Shown: positions 47,386 to 57,360, counted from the first letter of the stretch. The stretch is 64,000 bases of DNA from an uncultured delta proteobacterium (GCA_963796685.1 CAWCMR010000025.1:1344001-1408000), one strand, 5' to 3'. Notes: generated from the letters alone by a model not told the origin. A program made the numbers and translations.

Positions 47386-47516
47386 TAGCGCGTGTCTGAG
47401 AAGTGCTGCCCACGGAGAGGAATAGGGACGAGGAACCAGGTGTGCAGCCAGCAGCAACGACCACGGGAAGAATCGACCTCACTTCCAGCCCGATTTCTGG
47501 ATACCTCTTGGGTTCG

Positions 47517-48659
47517 TCAGGCACCGACCGCGACGACCTTGGGCAGGGGCATGCCGTTGAAATTCGTGCCGCTGGCGATGGTGTACGCGCCGATCTTCTC
47601 GCTGTAGAGCCGATCGCCGAGCTGCAGTCCGACGGGCAGATCCTCGGCCACCGAAACCACGTCCAGGGCGTCGCAGGTGGGACCGAAGACGGAGGCTATC
47701 TCGGTGGGGCCCTTCTTGAAGGCCTTGAAGTGGTACTGGCAGTGATCGAAGAGCACGCCGGAGAAGGTTCCGTACACGCCGTCGTTGACGTAGTAGCACT
47801 GCTTGCCGCTGCGTACGGCCTTGCCAATGATCTCGACCACCAGCGTGGCCGCGGTCGCCACCATGAAACGGCCCGGCTCGGCGATGATCTCGATGTCGGG
47901 GCCGAAAAGCCGGTCGAGCTCCGCGTTCAGGGTCTTGGCCAGCTCGGCGAAAGGCTGCACGTGGGGGTCGTAGGGCGCCGGAAAACCGCCGCCGATGTCG
48001 AGGATCTTCACCTGCTTGTGGCCGCGCTCCCAGGCCTCCTTGAAGATACCGTCGGCGATGCCAAGGGCCTGCACGTAGTTCTGGTAGTTCGTACATTGAC
48101 TGCCCACGTGGAAGGACAGCCCCTCGACGACCAGGCCGGCCTTGAAGGCGGCCTCCATCAGGTCTACCGCCTCGCCGGGCGAGGCCCCGAATTTCGACGA
48201 CAGCTCGACCATGGAGCCGGTGTTGGGCACGTTCACACGCAGAACCAGCCCCGCGTGTGGGGCGAACTTCTTGATCTTGCCCACCTCGGCCAGGTTGTCG
48301 TAGGTGACGAGTGGCTTATAGGGGTCGAGCTCGGCCAGGGTGCGATTGTCCTTCACCGGGTTGGCGTAGACGATTTTGTCCCAGATGAAATCTTGCCGCT
48401 TTTTCGGCGGCCAGTCCTCGATGTTCTGGTGCACGATGTTGAATTCCGGCATGGACGCCACGTCGAAGCTGGCTCCCGCGCGAAAGAGCGTGTTGACGAT
48501 GGCCGGATCGGGGTTGGCCTTGACCGCGTAGTAGGCCTGCACGCGCGGCAGGTACTTGCGAAACATGGCGAAGTTGCGCCGGATCTCGCCGTGGTCGACG
48601 ACGAAGAGCGGCGCGCCGTGCTGATCGGCCAGTTGCTTGAGCTGCCTGGGTGAAACCAC
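47517..48659 (-). CDS. Fold-type III PLP ornithine (lysine) decarboxylase
   Basis: YYAVKANP, FDVAS, YANPVK, KFGA, SFHVGSQ, DIGGGF, AEPGR, GPTCDALD, GAYT. Confidence 0.92.
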   Translation of the reverse strand: MVSPRQLKQLADQHGAPLFVVDHGEIRRNFAMFRKYLPRVQAYYAVKANPDPAIVNTLFRAGASFDVASMPEFNIVHQNIEDWPPKKRQDFIWDKIVYANPVKDNRTLAELDPYKPLVTYDNLAEVGKIKKFAPHAGLVLRVNVPNTGSMVELSSKFGASPGEAVDLMEAAFKAGLVVEGLSFHVGSQCTNYQNYVQALGIADGIFKEAWERGHKQVKILDIGGGFPAPYDPHVQPFAELAKTLNAELDRLFGPDIEIIAEPGRFMVATAATLVVEIIGKAVRSGKQCYYVNDGVYGTFSGVLFDHCQYHFKAFKKGPTEIASVFGPTCDALDVVSVAEDLPVGLQLGDRLYSEKIGAYTIASGTNFNGMPLPKVVAVGA

Positions 48660-48736
48660 GTGCGGACCTCCGGGAATGAAGGCCGAGAGTCTACAACAGA
48701 GTGCCGCCAGGCGCGGGTGCCGACTTCAAGTGGAAA

Positions 48737-48845
48737 GAGCACAGAGAATGCGGAGGGCACGGAAGAAGAAGGAATTCGGATACAAGATCCGGACAGAACC
48801 TTTTCCGCTCTGGCCTCTGTGCCCTCTGTGCTCTCTGCGGTGAAA
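48737..48845. repeat. Family B inverted repeat
   Basis: GAGCACAGAG...GGGCACGGA ... CGGATACAAGATCCG ... CTCTGTGCCCTCTGTGCTCTCTGCGGTGAAAA. Confidence 0.8.
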
Positions 48846-48924
48846 ATCCGTCTCAAGACCCTCGTAGTTTCTTGGACGCAGGAATTCGGACGAACCCTCC
48901 CAGGGTTCCTTCATAGAGGTGGAG

Positions 48925-49608
48925 CTACTTCTTGCCCTTCTTGGCGTTTTTGGCCGCCTTGGGCGCTTTGGCGTCTTTGGACGCCTTGACCTCGTCGAGC
49001 CACGACTCCATCTTCTTGAAGCGCTTGTCGAGCTCTTTGCGCACTTCGGCCAGTGGCTTGTCGTCGCCCGCCGCAGCGGCGGCCAACGCGGCCGGGTAGT
49101 CGTTGGCGAGGAGATTGAGGGTCACGTCGTGATCCGTGCCGATGTTCGAGCTGCCGCCCGTGGGATCCATCTTGCGCAGAACCTTGGCTTGCGCCTCGAT
49201 GGCCTTGCGCTGCTTGTCCGCGATCTTTTCCATTTGCGCGGCCGCATCGGGCTTGCCCTTCAGGCTCTGGGCCGCGTCGTCGAGTACCTTGCGCGTCTTC
49301 TTTTCGAACGCGAGCAAGGCCAGGTGGGTGGCCATCTTGCTCTTGTCGAACTTGCGCAAACGGGCCTCTTCCTCGGAGGCAAGCTCCTTGGCCAGCTTTT
49401 CGTCGGCCTCCTTCTTGGCTTTCCAGATGGCGTATTTCTCCATCATGCCAAGGTGCGCGTCGGCGGCACCCGCATCGACGGGCTTGGCGGCTTCGGCCGC
49501 CGGCGCGGGCTTGGCGGGTGGCGGCGTGGGCTTGGCCGGCTCTTGGCTGGTGCAGCCAGCGGCGCTAACGACGAATGCGAGTCCGAAAAAGGTGACGATT
49601 CGCTTCAT
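48925..49608 (-). CDS. Hypothetical Lys/Ala-rich helical lipoprotein
   Basis: MKRIVTFFGLAFVVSAAGC signal/lipobox; strong codon bias. Confidence 0.75.
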   Translation of the reverse strand: MKRIVTFFGLAFVVSAAGCTSQEPAKPTPPPAKPAPAAEAAKPVDAGAADAHLGMMEKYAIWKAKKEADEKLAKELASEEEARLRKFDKSKMATHLALLAFEKKTRKVLDDAAQSLKGKPDAAAQMEKIADKQRKAIEAQAKVLRKMDPTGGSSNIGTDHDVTLNLLANDYPAALAAAAAGDDKPLAEVRKELDKRFKKMESWLDEVKASKDAKAPKAAKNAKKGKK

Positions 49609-49745
49609 GGGTCTACCTATACAACGGAATACCGCATGCGATGAGCGCGAAACCTCGAAAGTTATTGGCATTAACGGTTGTATTTAAACTTACGTCATAT
49701 TAGTATCAATCTGTTGTACCGCATCGGAAGTACTCGATATGTTGT

Positions 49746-50183
49746 GTGCCAATCAAACGCGTGACACCCAGCCGCGAGGTGAGCGGCGCTCGACTAGGGG
49801 GTAGCGTGTCGGCAAAGGTGAAAGGCGCCAATGGGAACCACGAAGGATCCGTGGCAACCCCGCGAGCGGACCCCGTCCCGAAATCGAATGAGGAGTTGGC
49901 CGTCGAGCTCGTCGATGTGGCTGCGGCGCTCGCGGAAGACGACGACGCCTTCAGCGAAATTCCGACGGTCGCCAATCGTGCCAACCCGACGACACAGGCA
50001 AGCGAACCGGCAAGCGAAAACGACCAGGCGAATGGCCAGGGCTTGACCGGGGCGGGTGCCTACCGCATGGTCCGGCCCGCCACCTCCGACCGCATCGATG
50101 TTCCGGCGCCTGCCACCCACGAGCGGCCAGCTACCGATCGCGCGATCAACCGCGTGATCATCGGCGTGGCTCGCAAGTCCTAG
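49746..50183 (+). CDS. Hypothetical protein
   Basis: ORF after an AT-rich divergent promoter region; start uncertain. Confidence 0.5.
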   Translation: MPIKRVTPSREVSGARLGGSVSAKVKGANGNHEGSVATPRADPVPKSNEELAVELVDVAAALAEDDDAFSEIPTVANRANPTTQASEPASENDQANGQGLTGAGAYRMVRPATSDRIDVPAPATHERPATDRAINRVIIGVARKS

Positions 50184-50324
50184 CCGCATCGCCAGCGCAA
50201 ATCGCCTCCGTCAAGTGGCGATGATCCGTGGTTGAACTCGTACGGCCGAGTCCTCTACTATGCCATTCGGCCAGGACGCTCCGCGATTTCCGACGGGGGT
50301 CCTTCATGCCAAAGGATGGACAAC

Positions 50325-51716
50325 ATGGACAACGTGAAGATTCAGCTCTCCGAGAACGAGATCCCTCGCAAGTGGTACAACCTCGCCGCGGACTTGCCGA
50401 CGCCCATGCTGCCACCGCTTGGTCCCGATGGCGGACCGGTCAAGCCCGAGATGCTCGCCCCGGTCTTTCCGATGAACCTCATCGAGCAGGAGGTCAGCAC
50501 CGAGCGCTGGATCGACATTCCGCCGGAGGTCCTGGACATCCTCTACCGGTGGCGTCCGTCGCCCCTGCGCCGCGCCGTCTACCTCGAACGCTACCTGAAC
50601 ACGCCGGCCAAGATCTACTACAAGGACGAGAGCGTGAGCCCGGCCGGCAGTCACAAGCCGAACACGGCGGTGCCGCAGGCCTGGTACAACAAACAATTCG
50701 GGATCAAGCGCTTGACCACCGAGACCGGCGCGGGCCAGTGGGGCAGCGCCCTCGCCTTTTCGTGCAACCTCATCGGCCTCGAGTGCAAGGTCTTCATGGT
50801 GCGCATCAGCTTCGACCAGAAGCCCTTCCGCAAGCTGATGATGCAGGTGTGGGGCGCCAACTGCGTGGCCAGCCCGTCGAGCGAAACCCAGGCCGGCCGC
50901 ACCATCTTGGCCCAGATGCCCGACACGCCGGGGAGCCTCGGCATCGCCATCAGCGAAGCCATCGAGGCCGCGGTGACCGACGGGTCGGGACAGACCCGTT
51001 ATGCCTTGGGCAGCGTGCTCAACCACGTGATGCTTCACCAGACCATCATCGGGCTCGAAGCCAAGGAGCAGCTCAAGAAAGCCGGCGAACGTCTGCCCGA
51101 CGTGGTGATCGCCTGCGCCGGCGGCGGCAGCAACTTCGCCGGCCTCGCCTTCCCCTTCGCCTACGACAAGATCCACGGCGCGAAGATCAAAATCATCCCC
51201 GTCGAGCCGCAGGCTTGCCCCAAGATGACCAAGGGCAACTTCGTGTACGACCATGGCGATGTCGCCGGCATGACGCCGCTTTTGCCCATGCACTCGCTTG
51301 GCCACACCTTCGTACCCAAGCCCATCCACGCCGGCGGACTTCGCTACCACGGCATGGCGCCGCTCGTGTGCCAGGGCATCGTCGAGGGACTGTTCGAGCC
51401 CAAGGCCTACGGCCAGCTCAAGTGTTACGAGTCGGCCATGATCTGGGCCAAGACCGAGGGCACGATCTGCGCGCCGGAGACCAGCCACGCCATCGCGGCG
51501 ACCATCGACGAGGCCATCGCCTGCCGCGAGAGCGGCGAAAAGAAGGTGATCCTCTTCAACTACAGCGGCCACGGCCTGATGGATCTGGCGGGTTACGACG
51601 CGTATCTCGGCGGCAGGCTCACGGATTACGTCATGCCCGAGTCCGAGATCCTGGAGAACCTGGCCAAGCTGGCCGGCATGCCCAAGGCCGAGGCGCGCAA
51701 GTCCGGCAAATGGTAG
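50325..51716 (+). CDS. trpB2: TrpB2-type tryptophan synthase beta-like enzyme
   Basis: IPRKWYNL, WRPSPL, SPAGSHKPNTA, TETGAGQWG, GSLGIAISEA, GGGSNF, HAGGLRYHG, SGHG. Confidence 0.93.
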   Translation: MDNVKIQLSENEIPRKWYNLAADLPTPMLPPLGPDGGPVKPEMLAPVFPMNLIEQEVSTERWIDIPPEVLDILYRWRPSPLRRAVYLERYLNTPAKIYYKDESVSPAGSHKPNTAVPQAWYNKQFGIKRLTTETGAGQWGSALAFSCNLIGLECKVFMVRISFDQKPFRKLMMQVWGANCVASPSSETQAGRTILAQMPDTPGSLGIAISEAIEAAVTDGSGQTRYALGSVLNHVMLHQTIIGLEAKEQLKKAGERLPDVVIACAGGGSNFAGLAFPFAYDKIHGAKIKIIPVEPQACPKMTKGNFVYDHGDVAGMTPLLPMHSLGHTFVPKPIHAGGLRYHGMAPLVCQGIVEGLFEPKAYGQLKCYESAMIWAKTEGTICAPETSHAIAATIDEAIACRESGEKKVILFNYSGHGLMDLAGYDAYLGGRLTDYVMPESEILENLAKLAGMPKAEARKSGKW

Positions 51717-51720
51717 CGGG

Positions 51721-53139
51721 CTAGGCGCCCACGACCAAGATCACGCGGATGTCCTTCGTGCCGAGGCCGTTGCCCACGTCTACGCCCACCAGGGGAATGG
51801 CCACGGTTCGCAGGTAGAAACGGAGACCAGCACCAGCCGAGGTGTGGATATCCCGGCTGGCGCGAAATCCCTGCTCCAGGAACGCGGGGGGCAGGAACTG
51901 GCGTCCATCTTCGCGCGGGAGATAGGCCGTGCCCGCGCCGAACGAGTATTGCGGCGGTAGCTTGCGAAACCAAATCGCCGCGGCGTCGTTGAAGATGAGC
52001 CCGCGAACGTCGATGCTCCACAGACTGAAAAGCGGAAAGTGGTACTCGACCTGGCTGCGCAGGTGGGTATCGCCCTGGAATTGTCGATAGAGGTAACCGC
52101 GCAGGTTCGTGCCGCCGGCGGAGTTTTCGGACCACAGTGGCAAGTTCTCTCCCGTGATGCCGCCGACACGGATGATGAGATTGTGTTCGTGGAAGAAACG
52201 GACGCCGTGCTCGTAGGAAGTGCTGGCCTTCCAATACCAAAGGCCGGACTGGCTGCCCCAGCGCGGGGCCGCGTATTCGAAGGTGAAGCCGAGTGCATTG
52301 CCGTACATGACGGCGCGCTCGCGGGCGCGGAAGTCGAACGTCAGGTTGGCCGTGGCGTTCCCTCGCCGGGCGCTCGTGTCGGCCAGGGGCGGAGGGTTGC
52401 CGAGAGTTTGTGCGAGGGTCTGATTACCCAGCGCCGGGAAGACAGTCGGGTTATCGGGATCGGCCAGGCTCGACCACAACACGTCGTTCTGATCCAGATT
52501 CCAACCGAACGAGGTGCGGACCTTGCGAAACCACGCTACGCCGACGTTGACCTCGAAGCCATACGAGCGGAGCTTGGTGTTGCGGATGGGTTCGAGCGGC
52601 AGACCTGCAAGCTTCGTGTTGCCGTATTCGGGGATGATCTGCGATTGGTATCTTCCTTTGACGGTGAAGAACCCCCACGAGCCGAACACGGCGGGGTCGT
52701 CGTAGGCGACGAGGGCCCCCGAATCCACGTTCGAGATACGCCCCCCGATGAGCCCGCGTTTGCCGCGGCCAAAGAGGTTGCCGTGCGCGACCACGCCTCC
52801 CGCCGAGATGTTGCCGGGGGCATAGGAGAACGTGGGCACCGGCGCCCAAGGGAACTTCTCGGTGACCACGATGACGACGCGAACGCCTTCGCCGTGCGGC
52901 TCCCAGTACACGTTGACGTCCGCGAACATGCCCGAGGTGTGCAGGCGCTCGCGCGCGATATCGAGGGTGTCGGAGAGCAGCGGATCGCCGATGGAGATCC
53001 CCGCGATGGAGCGAACGGTTTCCTCGTTGGTGCGTACGGCATTCACGACGCGCACATCGGTGATGATCTCTTGCTGGGCCAGCGCACGCGAGGAAGCGAA
53101 GACGCCAAGGAGCACGAAGGCACAAGCGATGCGGCGCAT
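51721..53139 (-). CDS. Omp85/BamA-TamA family outer membrane protein with one POTRA domain
   Basis: Signal peptide, POTRA (ITDVRVV..RT...LHTSGMFADV), NLFGRG, GGTNLRGY, SAGAGLRF. Confidence 0.8.
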   Translation of the reverse strand: MRRIACAFVLLGVFASSRALAQQEIITDVRVVNAVRTNEETVRSIAGISIGDPLLSDTLDIARERLHTSGMFADVNVYWEPHGEGVRVVIVVTEKFPWAPVPTFSYAPGNISAGGVVAHGNLFGRGKRGLIGGRISNVDSGALVAYDDPAVFGSWGFFTVKGRYQSQIIPEYGNTKLAGLPLEPIRNTKLRSYGFEVNVGVAWFRKVRTSFGWNLDQNDVLWSSLADPDNPTVFPALGNQTLAQTLGNPPPLADTSARRGNATANLTFDFRARERAVMYGNALGFTFEYAAPRWGSQSGLWYWKASTSYEHGVRFFHEHNLIIRVGGITGENLPLWSENSAGGTNLRGYLYRQFQGDTHLRSQVEYHFPLFSLWSIDVRGLIFNDAAAIWFRKLPPQYSFGAGTAYLPREDGRQFLPPAFLEQGFRASRDIHTSAGAGLRFYLRTVAIPLVGVDVGNGLGTKDIRVILVVGA

Positions 53140-53242
53140 GAGTGGGCGCGAGTCTATCAGGCAGTCGCCTGCGTTTGCACATTCACGTACCAAGGGCGCC
53201 CCTGGCTCGGGAGCGTCTATTGCGGCCGGCCACCGAAATCCC

Positions 53243-55363
53243 TCACCGGACGGCGCGCCGCTGTTCGACGTACTTGCGCGCGGCGGCCAGATCCGCGTCG
53301 TCCGCGGAAGCGCGCTCGACGAACTTCTCGTAGGCCACGGCAACCTTCGGGGTGTAGGCGGGATCGGTGCGTGAAAGGATCTCGTAGCCGATGCCCAGAT
53401 CCTTCCAGACATTCGGTCCGAGATAGATCTGGCGCAGCCCGGGCAAGCCGGAGATACCAAGCCTCTTGTCCCCGCCCGCCTTGGCGACGAGATCCTCGAG
53501 CAGGGACACCGCGACGCGCGCCGGAGCCGGTGCGTTGCCCGACTCGTTGCTGTAAACCAGGGCCAGGTGGGCGCGGCCACCCTGGGTCGTCATGACCAAC
53601 TTGGCGAGCGCGTATTCCCACGACCCCTCGGGCGCGCGCAGCGCGGGCATCACGTCGTAGTGGTCCAGGGCCTTGCCATCGCGCGCGGCCCATTGCTCGA
53701 AGGTCGGAAACTGGCTGGCGGGCACCAGGGGATGAACGAGACCGTTGGTGGCGAGCTTGTAGCCGTCCTTCCAGCTTTGATCCCAAGGGTCCAGGCGGTC
53801 GATGACCACCAGGGGCCTCGTGGGATTGCCATCGAGCAGCTTCTTGATGTTCCAACCCGTCTTGCCGTATGGGCCGAGGGGCACATGGAGGTCGGGGTAG
53901 AGTTTGCGCTTGCGCTCGCCATACCAGGAGGTGCCAAGCAGCTCGCGGTCGAGGTGGATGACGTCGGTGCGCAGCTTCTCGACCTCGCGAAAGTAAAACA
54001 CCGAGCCGGTCAGGTGATCGCCCATCGTGACCACCATGGCACTGGGTGGAAGCGAGGCAAAGGCCGTGGTCACGAAATCGGCGAAGACCCGGTTGTGGCG
54101 CTGGTTGCATTCGCCCGCGTGGGCCGTCGCACCGGCCGCGAACACCAGCAAGGCGATCACGGGCGCCCAGCGCGCGTGACGCTCGCATGCGCTCCAGCGT
54201 GCCCGTGCCAAGCGCAAGAGCTCGGCCACACCCAGGCCGGCCGCGACGGCCAGCATGAGATCGGATTGGATACAAAAACGGACAAGAACGGTCAGGTAAA
54301 GCCCCTGCGACGTCGACAGGTTGGACAACATGCAGAAGCCGAGCACGTACAAGCCAAGAACGAGGGCGAGAAGCTGCGACTGGTACTTTTCCCGGCGGTC
54401 CTTGGCCCCGAGGTAGAGCCCCAGAAAGGCCAGCGGGGGTCCAATCCAAAGAAAGCGTGGAAAGGCGTGCCCAAGCATCTGCCAAAGGGTCGGGAAAAAC
54501 GTGCCTTCGCTCACGAAAGCGCCGTCCTTGCTGGCTTGCCCCATGCTGAACGTGCCGTAGTTTCGGCGCAGGACGTGGGTCAAGAACCCGCCGAGGGTGG
54601 TTTCGTCGCCCCACGACACCGCGGCCGACGAGGCCGAGGCGTGGACGAGGTAGGCGTAGGGCAGAAGCCCGAGAAGACCGAGGGCGCAGGCGAGCACGAG
54701 GCCGCGAGTCCGCAGCGCGCGTCTCGCCACCCAGAACGATCGCAACAGGAGGGGCGCCCCCACGAACGCGAAGGTGTGGTGATTGCACATGGCGAGGCCG
54801 CAAGCGAGGCAGAGCGCGAAGACATGGCGACGGGCGGCGGTGCGCTCGACGCGAAGCCAGAGCAAGAACGCGAGCCCCACGAACATGGCGTTGAGGCCGA
54901 ACACCTCGGCCGAGACGGCGTGCAGCCAGACCACGGAATTCGTGCCGAAGAGCGCCGCCGCCGCGAGGCCCGCCGCCCTCTCGCGGGTCCATAGGGCAAC
55001 CGTGGCGCACACGAGAGCGCCTGCCGCTGCCGTCGAGGTTGCGGAGAGCAGGTTCACCCGCCACGCCGGCGAGTGTCCGAGCGGCAAGGCCGCGAACAGG
55101 CGCGCGAGCAGGGCGAAGAGCGGATAGCCGGGAGGATGGGGCACGCCGCCGGTCAACGCCGAGGCCGTCAGCTCGCCGCTGTCGCCGCCCATGATCGAAG
55201 GCGCCAGGGTGGCGACATAGAGCGCGAGCAGCGCGACGAAGGCAACAGCGGGTGCGATCCATCCTTGGGGATCCGCTGGCGCCGCTTGCCGATCCGGTGC
55301 GGAAACGTTCTTCACGGCCCCACTCTGCCGGGGCTTGCCCCGCTGACCCCTGCGCTGGCCCAT
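53243..55363 (-). CDS. DUF2723 / TMEM260-like GT-C membrane glycosyltransferase
   Basis: TLAPS..GDSGEL, GVPHPPGYPLF, RVNLLSA, AEVFGLN, NHHT; many TM segments. Confidence 0.85.
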   Translation of the reverse strand: MGQRRGQRGKPRQSGAVKNVSAPDRQAAPADPQGWIAPAVAFVALLALYVATLAPSIMGGDSGELTASALTGGVPHPPGYPLFALLARLFAALPLGHSPAWRVNLLSATSTAAAGALVCATVALWTRERAAGLAAAALFGTNSVVWLHAVSAEVFGLNAMFVGLAFLLWLRVERTAARRHVFALCLACGLAMCNHHTFAFVGAPLLLRSFWVARRALRTRGLVLACALGLLGLLPYAYLVHASASSAAVSWGDETTLGGFLTHVLRRNYGTFSMGQASKDGAFVSEGTFFPTLWQMLGHAFPRFLWIGPPLAFLGLYLGAKDRREKYQSQLLALVLGLYVLGFCMLSNLSTSQGLYLTVLVRFCIQSDLMLAVAAGLGVAELLRLARARWSACERHARWAPVIALLVFAAGATAHAGECNQRHNRVFADFVTTAFASLPPSAMVVTMGDHLTGSVFYFREVEKLRTDVIHLDRELLGTSWYGERKRKLYPDLHVPLGPYGKTGWNIKKLLDGNPTRPLVVIDRLDPWDQSWKDGYKLATNGLVHPLVPASQFPTFEQWAARDGKALDHYDVMPALRAPEGSWEYALAKLVMTTQGGRAHLALVYSNESGNAPAPARVAVSLLEDLVAKAGGDKRLGISGLPGLRQIYLGPNVWKDLGIGYEILSRTDPAYTPKVAVAYEKFVERASADDADLAAARKYVEQRRAVR

Positions 55364-55365
55364 GG

Positions 55366-55851
55366 CTAGTTGGCCGAGAAAAGCCGGCACCCGAGTCGCT
55401 CGGCGAGCTCGCGCGGGGTCACGCCCTCGTGATTGGCCAGATCGTCGCGACCGCCGTTTTCCAACAGGAAGCGCGCGATCTCATCGCGGCCAGCGGCCGC
55501 GAAGATGGCCCGCCAAAGTGGCGAGTTGCCATCCTCGTCGCGCGCGTTCACGTCCGCGCCCTTGCCCACCAGGATGCGCGCGATCTCGGGCAGATGTTCC
55601 TGGGCCGCGAAATGCAAAGGCGTGAAGCCTTGCGTGTCCTTGGCGTCGAGGTCGGCCCCGGCTTCGATGAGTAGGCCGACCAGTCCCACGCTGTTGCCGA
55701 GCACAGCCTGGTGTAGCGGCGTGCGCAGGTCCTCGTCGCGCACGTTGGGGTTGGCGCCCTGGGCGAGCAGCTCGCGCACCCGCACGAAGTCGCACACGAA
55801 GGCCGCGCGACAAAGTTGCGCATCGAGATCACCGAGCTTGCTGGATTCCAC
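55366..55851 (-). CDS. Ankyrin repeat protein
   Basis: GANPNVRD..RTPLH, GADLDAKD..GFTPLHFAA, GADVNARD..GNSPL. Confidence 0.92.
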   Translation of the reverse strand: MESSKLGDLDAQLCRAAFVCDFVRVRELLAQGANPNVRDEDLRTPLHQAVLGNSVGLVGLLIEAGADLDAKDTQGFTPLHFAAQEHLPEIARILVGKGADVNARDEDGNSPLWRAIFAAAGRDEIARFLLENGGRDDLANHEGVTPRELAERLGCRLFSAN

Positions 55852-55972
55852 CCGGCTGTTATTAGCAGGAGCCGCGATTCCTCACCACCCGTGATCGTGG
55901 AGACCGGTCGATGCCAGGGAAGGATAGGATGTCACGCCTCAATCCGCGCCGGGTAGGCTAGGATGGCCGGCG

Positions 55973-56551
55973 ATGATCATCCTGCTCGCGCTCGTCTTGG
56001 CCTTCCTCGTCGGCTCCATTCCGACCGGCGTCATCGTCGCGCGGGCCAAGGGCGTGGATCTGCGCAAGGTAGGCAGCGGAAACATCGGCGCAACCAATGT
56101 GAGCCGCGCGCTGGGCGGAAAGTGGGCGGCCGTGGTGCTGGTGGCCGACGCCGCCAAGGGCGCCCTGCCCGTGCTGGTGCTTGGCCGGCTGCTTGAAGAT
56201 CCATGGTTGCCGGCCTTGGGTGGACTGTTTGCGGTGCTTGGGCAGATCTTTTCCGTCTTCCTGCTCGGGCGCGGCGGCAAGGGTGTCGCCACCTCCCTCG
56301 GGGCGGGGCTCGCCTTGGCGCCCCTGCCTGCCCTGGCCTGCGCCCTGGTTTTCGCGGTCTTCTTTCTCTTGTTTCGTATCGCCTCCATCGGATCCCTGGC
56401 AGGCATCGCCTGCTACCCGCTTTTCTTGTGGGTGTTTCACCTCGCTACCTGGCCGCGCTTGACCTTCGCCCTCTCCGTCTTCGTGCTCGTCGTCGCCCGC
56501 CACAAAGACAACATGCTCCGCCTCGCGCGTGGCGAAGAACACCGCGCGTGA
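55973..56551 (+). CDS. plsY: Glycerol-3-phosphate acyltransferase PlsY
   Basis: GSIPTG, GSGNIGATN, DAAKG, GGKGVATSLG, RHKDN.RL..GEE. Confidence 0.95.
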   Translation: MIILLALVLAFLVGSIPTGVIVARAKGVDLRKVGSGNIGATNVSRALGGKWAAVVLVADAAKGALPVLVLGRLLEDPWLPALGGLFAVLGQIFSVFLLGRGGKGVATSLGAGLALAPLPALACALVFAVFFLLFRIASIGSLAGIACYPLFLWVFHLATWPRLTFALSVFVLVVARHKDNMLRLARGEEHRA

Positions 56552-56564
56552 GAGGGCACGGAGA

Positions 56565-56736
56565 CTAGGAGCCTGTTGCACATAGCCTCCAAGCGTCGCA
56601 GGACGGGCGGGGCGGGGCCGTCTGCGGCGTCGCCGCTCGCTTGAATACCGCCAGTATTCGGCGCTTCGCTGCTCCTTGCATCCGGCCCCGCCGCGCTCCG
56701 TCCCGCTCGGTCCGGCTATGCGCAACAGGCTCCTAG
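56565..56736. mobile_element. MITE with 23-bp inverted ends including CTAG, inserted into a family B repeat
   Basis: CTAGGAGCCTGTTGCACATAGCC / GGCTATGCGCAACAGGCTCCTAG (one mismatch), flanked by GAGGGCACGGAG and GAGGGCACAGA...CTCTGTGTTCTC. Confidence 0.8.
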
Positions 56737-56828
56737 GGAGGGCACAGAAGGCTCCGTGTCCTCCTCGCTCTCTGTGTTCTCTCCGACCGCCGTTGCGCGC
56801 AGCCACGAGGAATGGCAGTCTGCCGGCC

Positions 56829-57158
56829 ATGTCGAGCACTTTTCCCACGGAATTCGCCAACGTCACCGCTGTCTGCAAGGCCAACGTCTATTTTGGCGGT
56901 AAGGTGGTCAGCCACACCCTGCTATTTGCCGATGGATCCAAGAAGACCCTCGGCCTCATTTACCCGGGCGAGTACCACTTCGGAACCGGCGCCCCCGAGA
57001 AGATGGAGATCGTAGCCGGCGCGTGCCGCGTAAAGCTCGATGGAGGCGAGACCTGGCAGGGCTACGCCGCGGGCACGCTGTTTCGGGTTCCGGGGAAGAG
57101 CGGCTTCACCATCACCGTCGAAGCCGACATCGTCGAATACATCTGCTCCTTCGAATAA
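56829..57158 (+). CDS. ppnP: Pyrimidine/purine nucleoside phosphorylase PpnP (YaiE)
   Basis: KANVYFGGKVVS, KTLGLIYPGEY.F.T.APE.M, F.VPG.S.F, EYICSF. Confidence 0.9.
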   Translation: MSSTFPTEFANVTAVCKANVYFGGKVVSHTLLFADGSKKTLGLIYPGEYHFGTGAPEKMEIVAGACRVKLDGGETWQGYAAGTLFRVPGKSGFTITVEADIVEYICSFE

Positions 57159-57217
57159 ATGCCGAGGGCGCAGAGGCCGTGGAGGCACCGAACGGGTTGA
57201 AACCAACGTGATTTCAG

Positions 57218-57303
57218 GTAGGGGCGGGTTTCAAACCCGCCCCACTAGCCCGATCCGGCAGCGACGACAGCCACCTGAGGGCGGGTTTCAAACCCGCCCC
57301 TAC
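57218..57303. repeat. GTAG-type REP doublet (REPIN)
   Basis: GTAGGGGCGGGTTTCAAACCCGCCC ... GGGCGGGTTTCAAACCCGCCCCTAC. Confidence 0.85.
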
Positions 57304-57360
57304 AGAATCCGCCATAGGCATCAGCCACCCCCCGGCTCCCCCCGCGCCTCTGTGGTTCAA

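Noticed and set aside
49666-49682. sigma54 promoter TGGCA...TTG in the AT-rich spacer
   Set aside because: Spacing is off by one and the -12 GC is missing.
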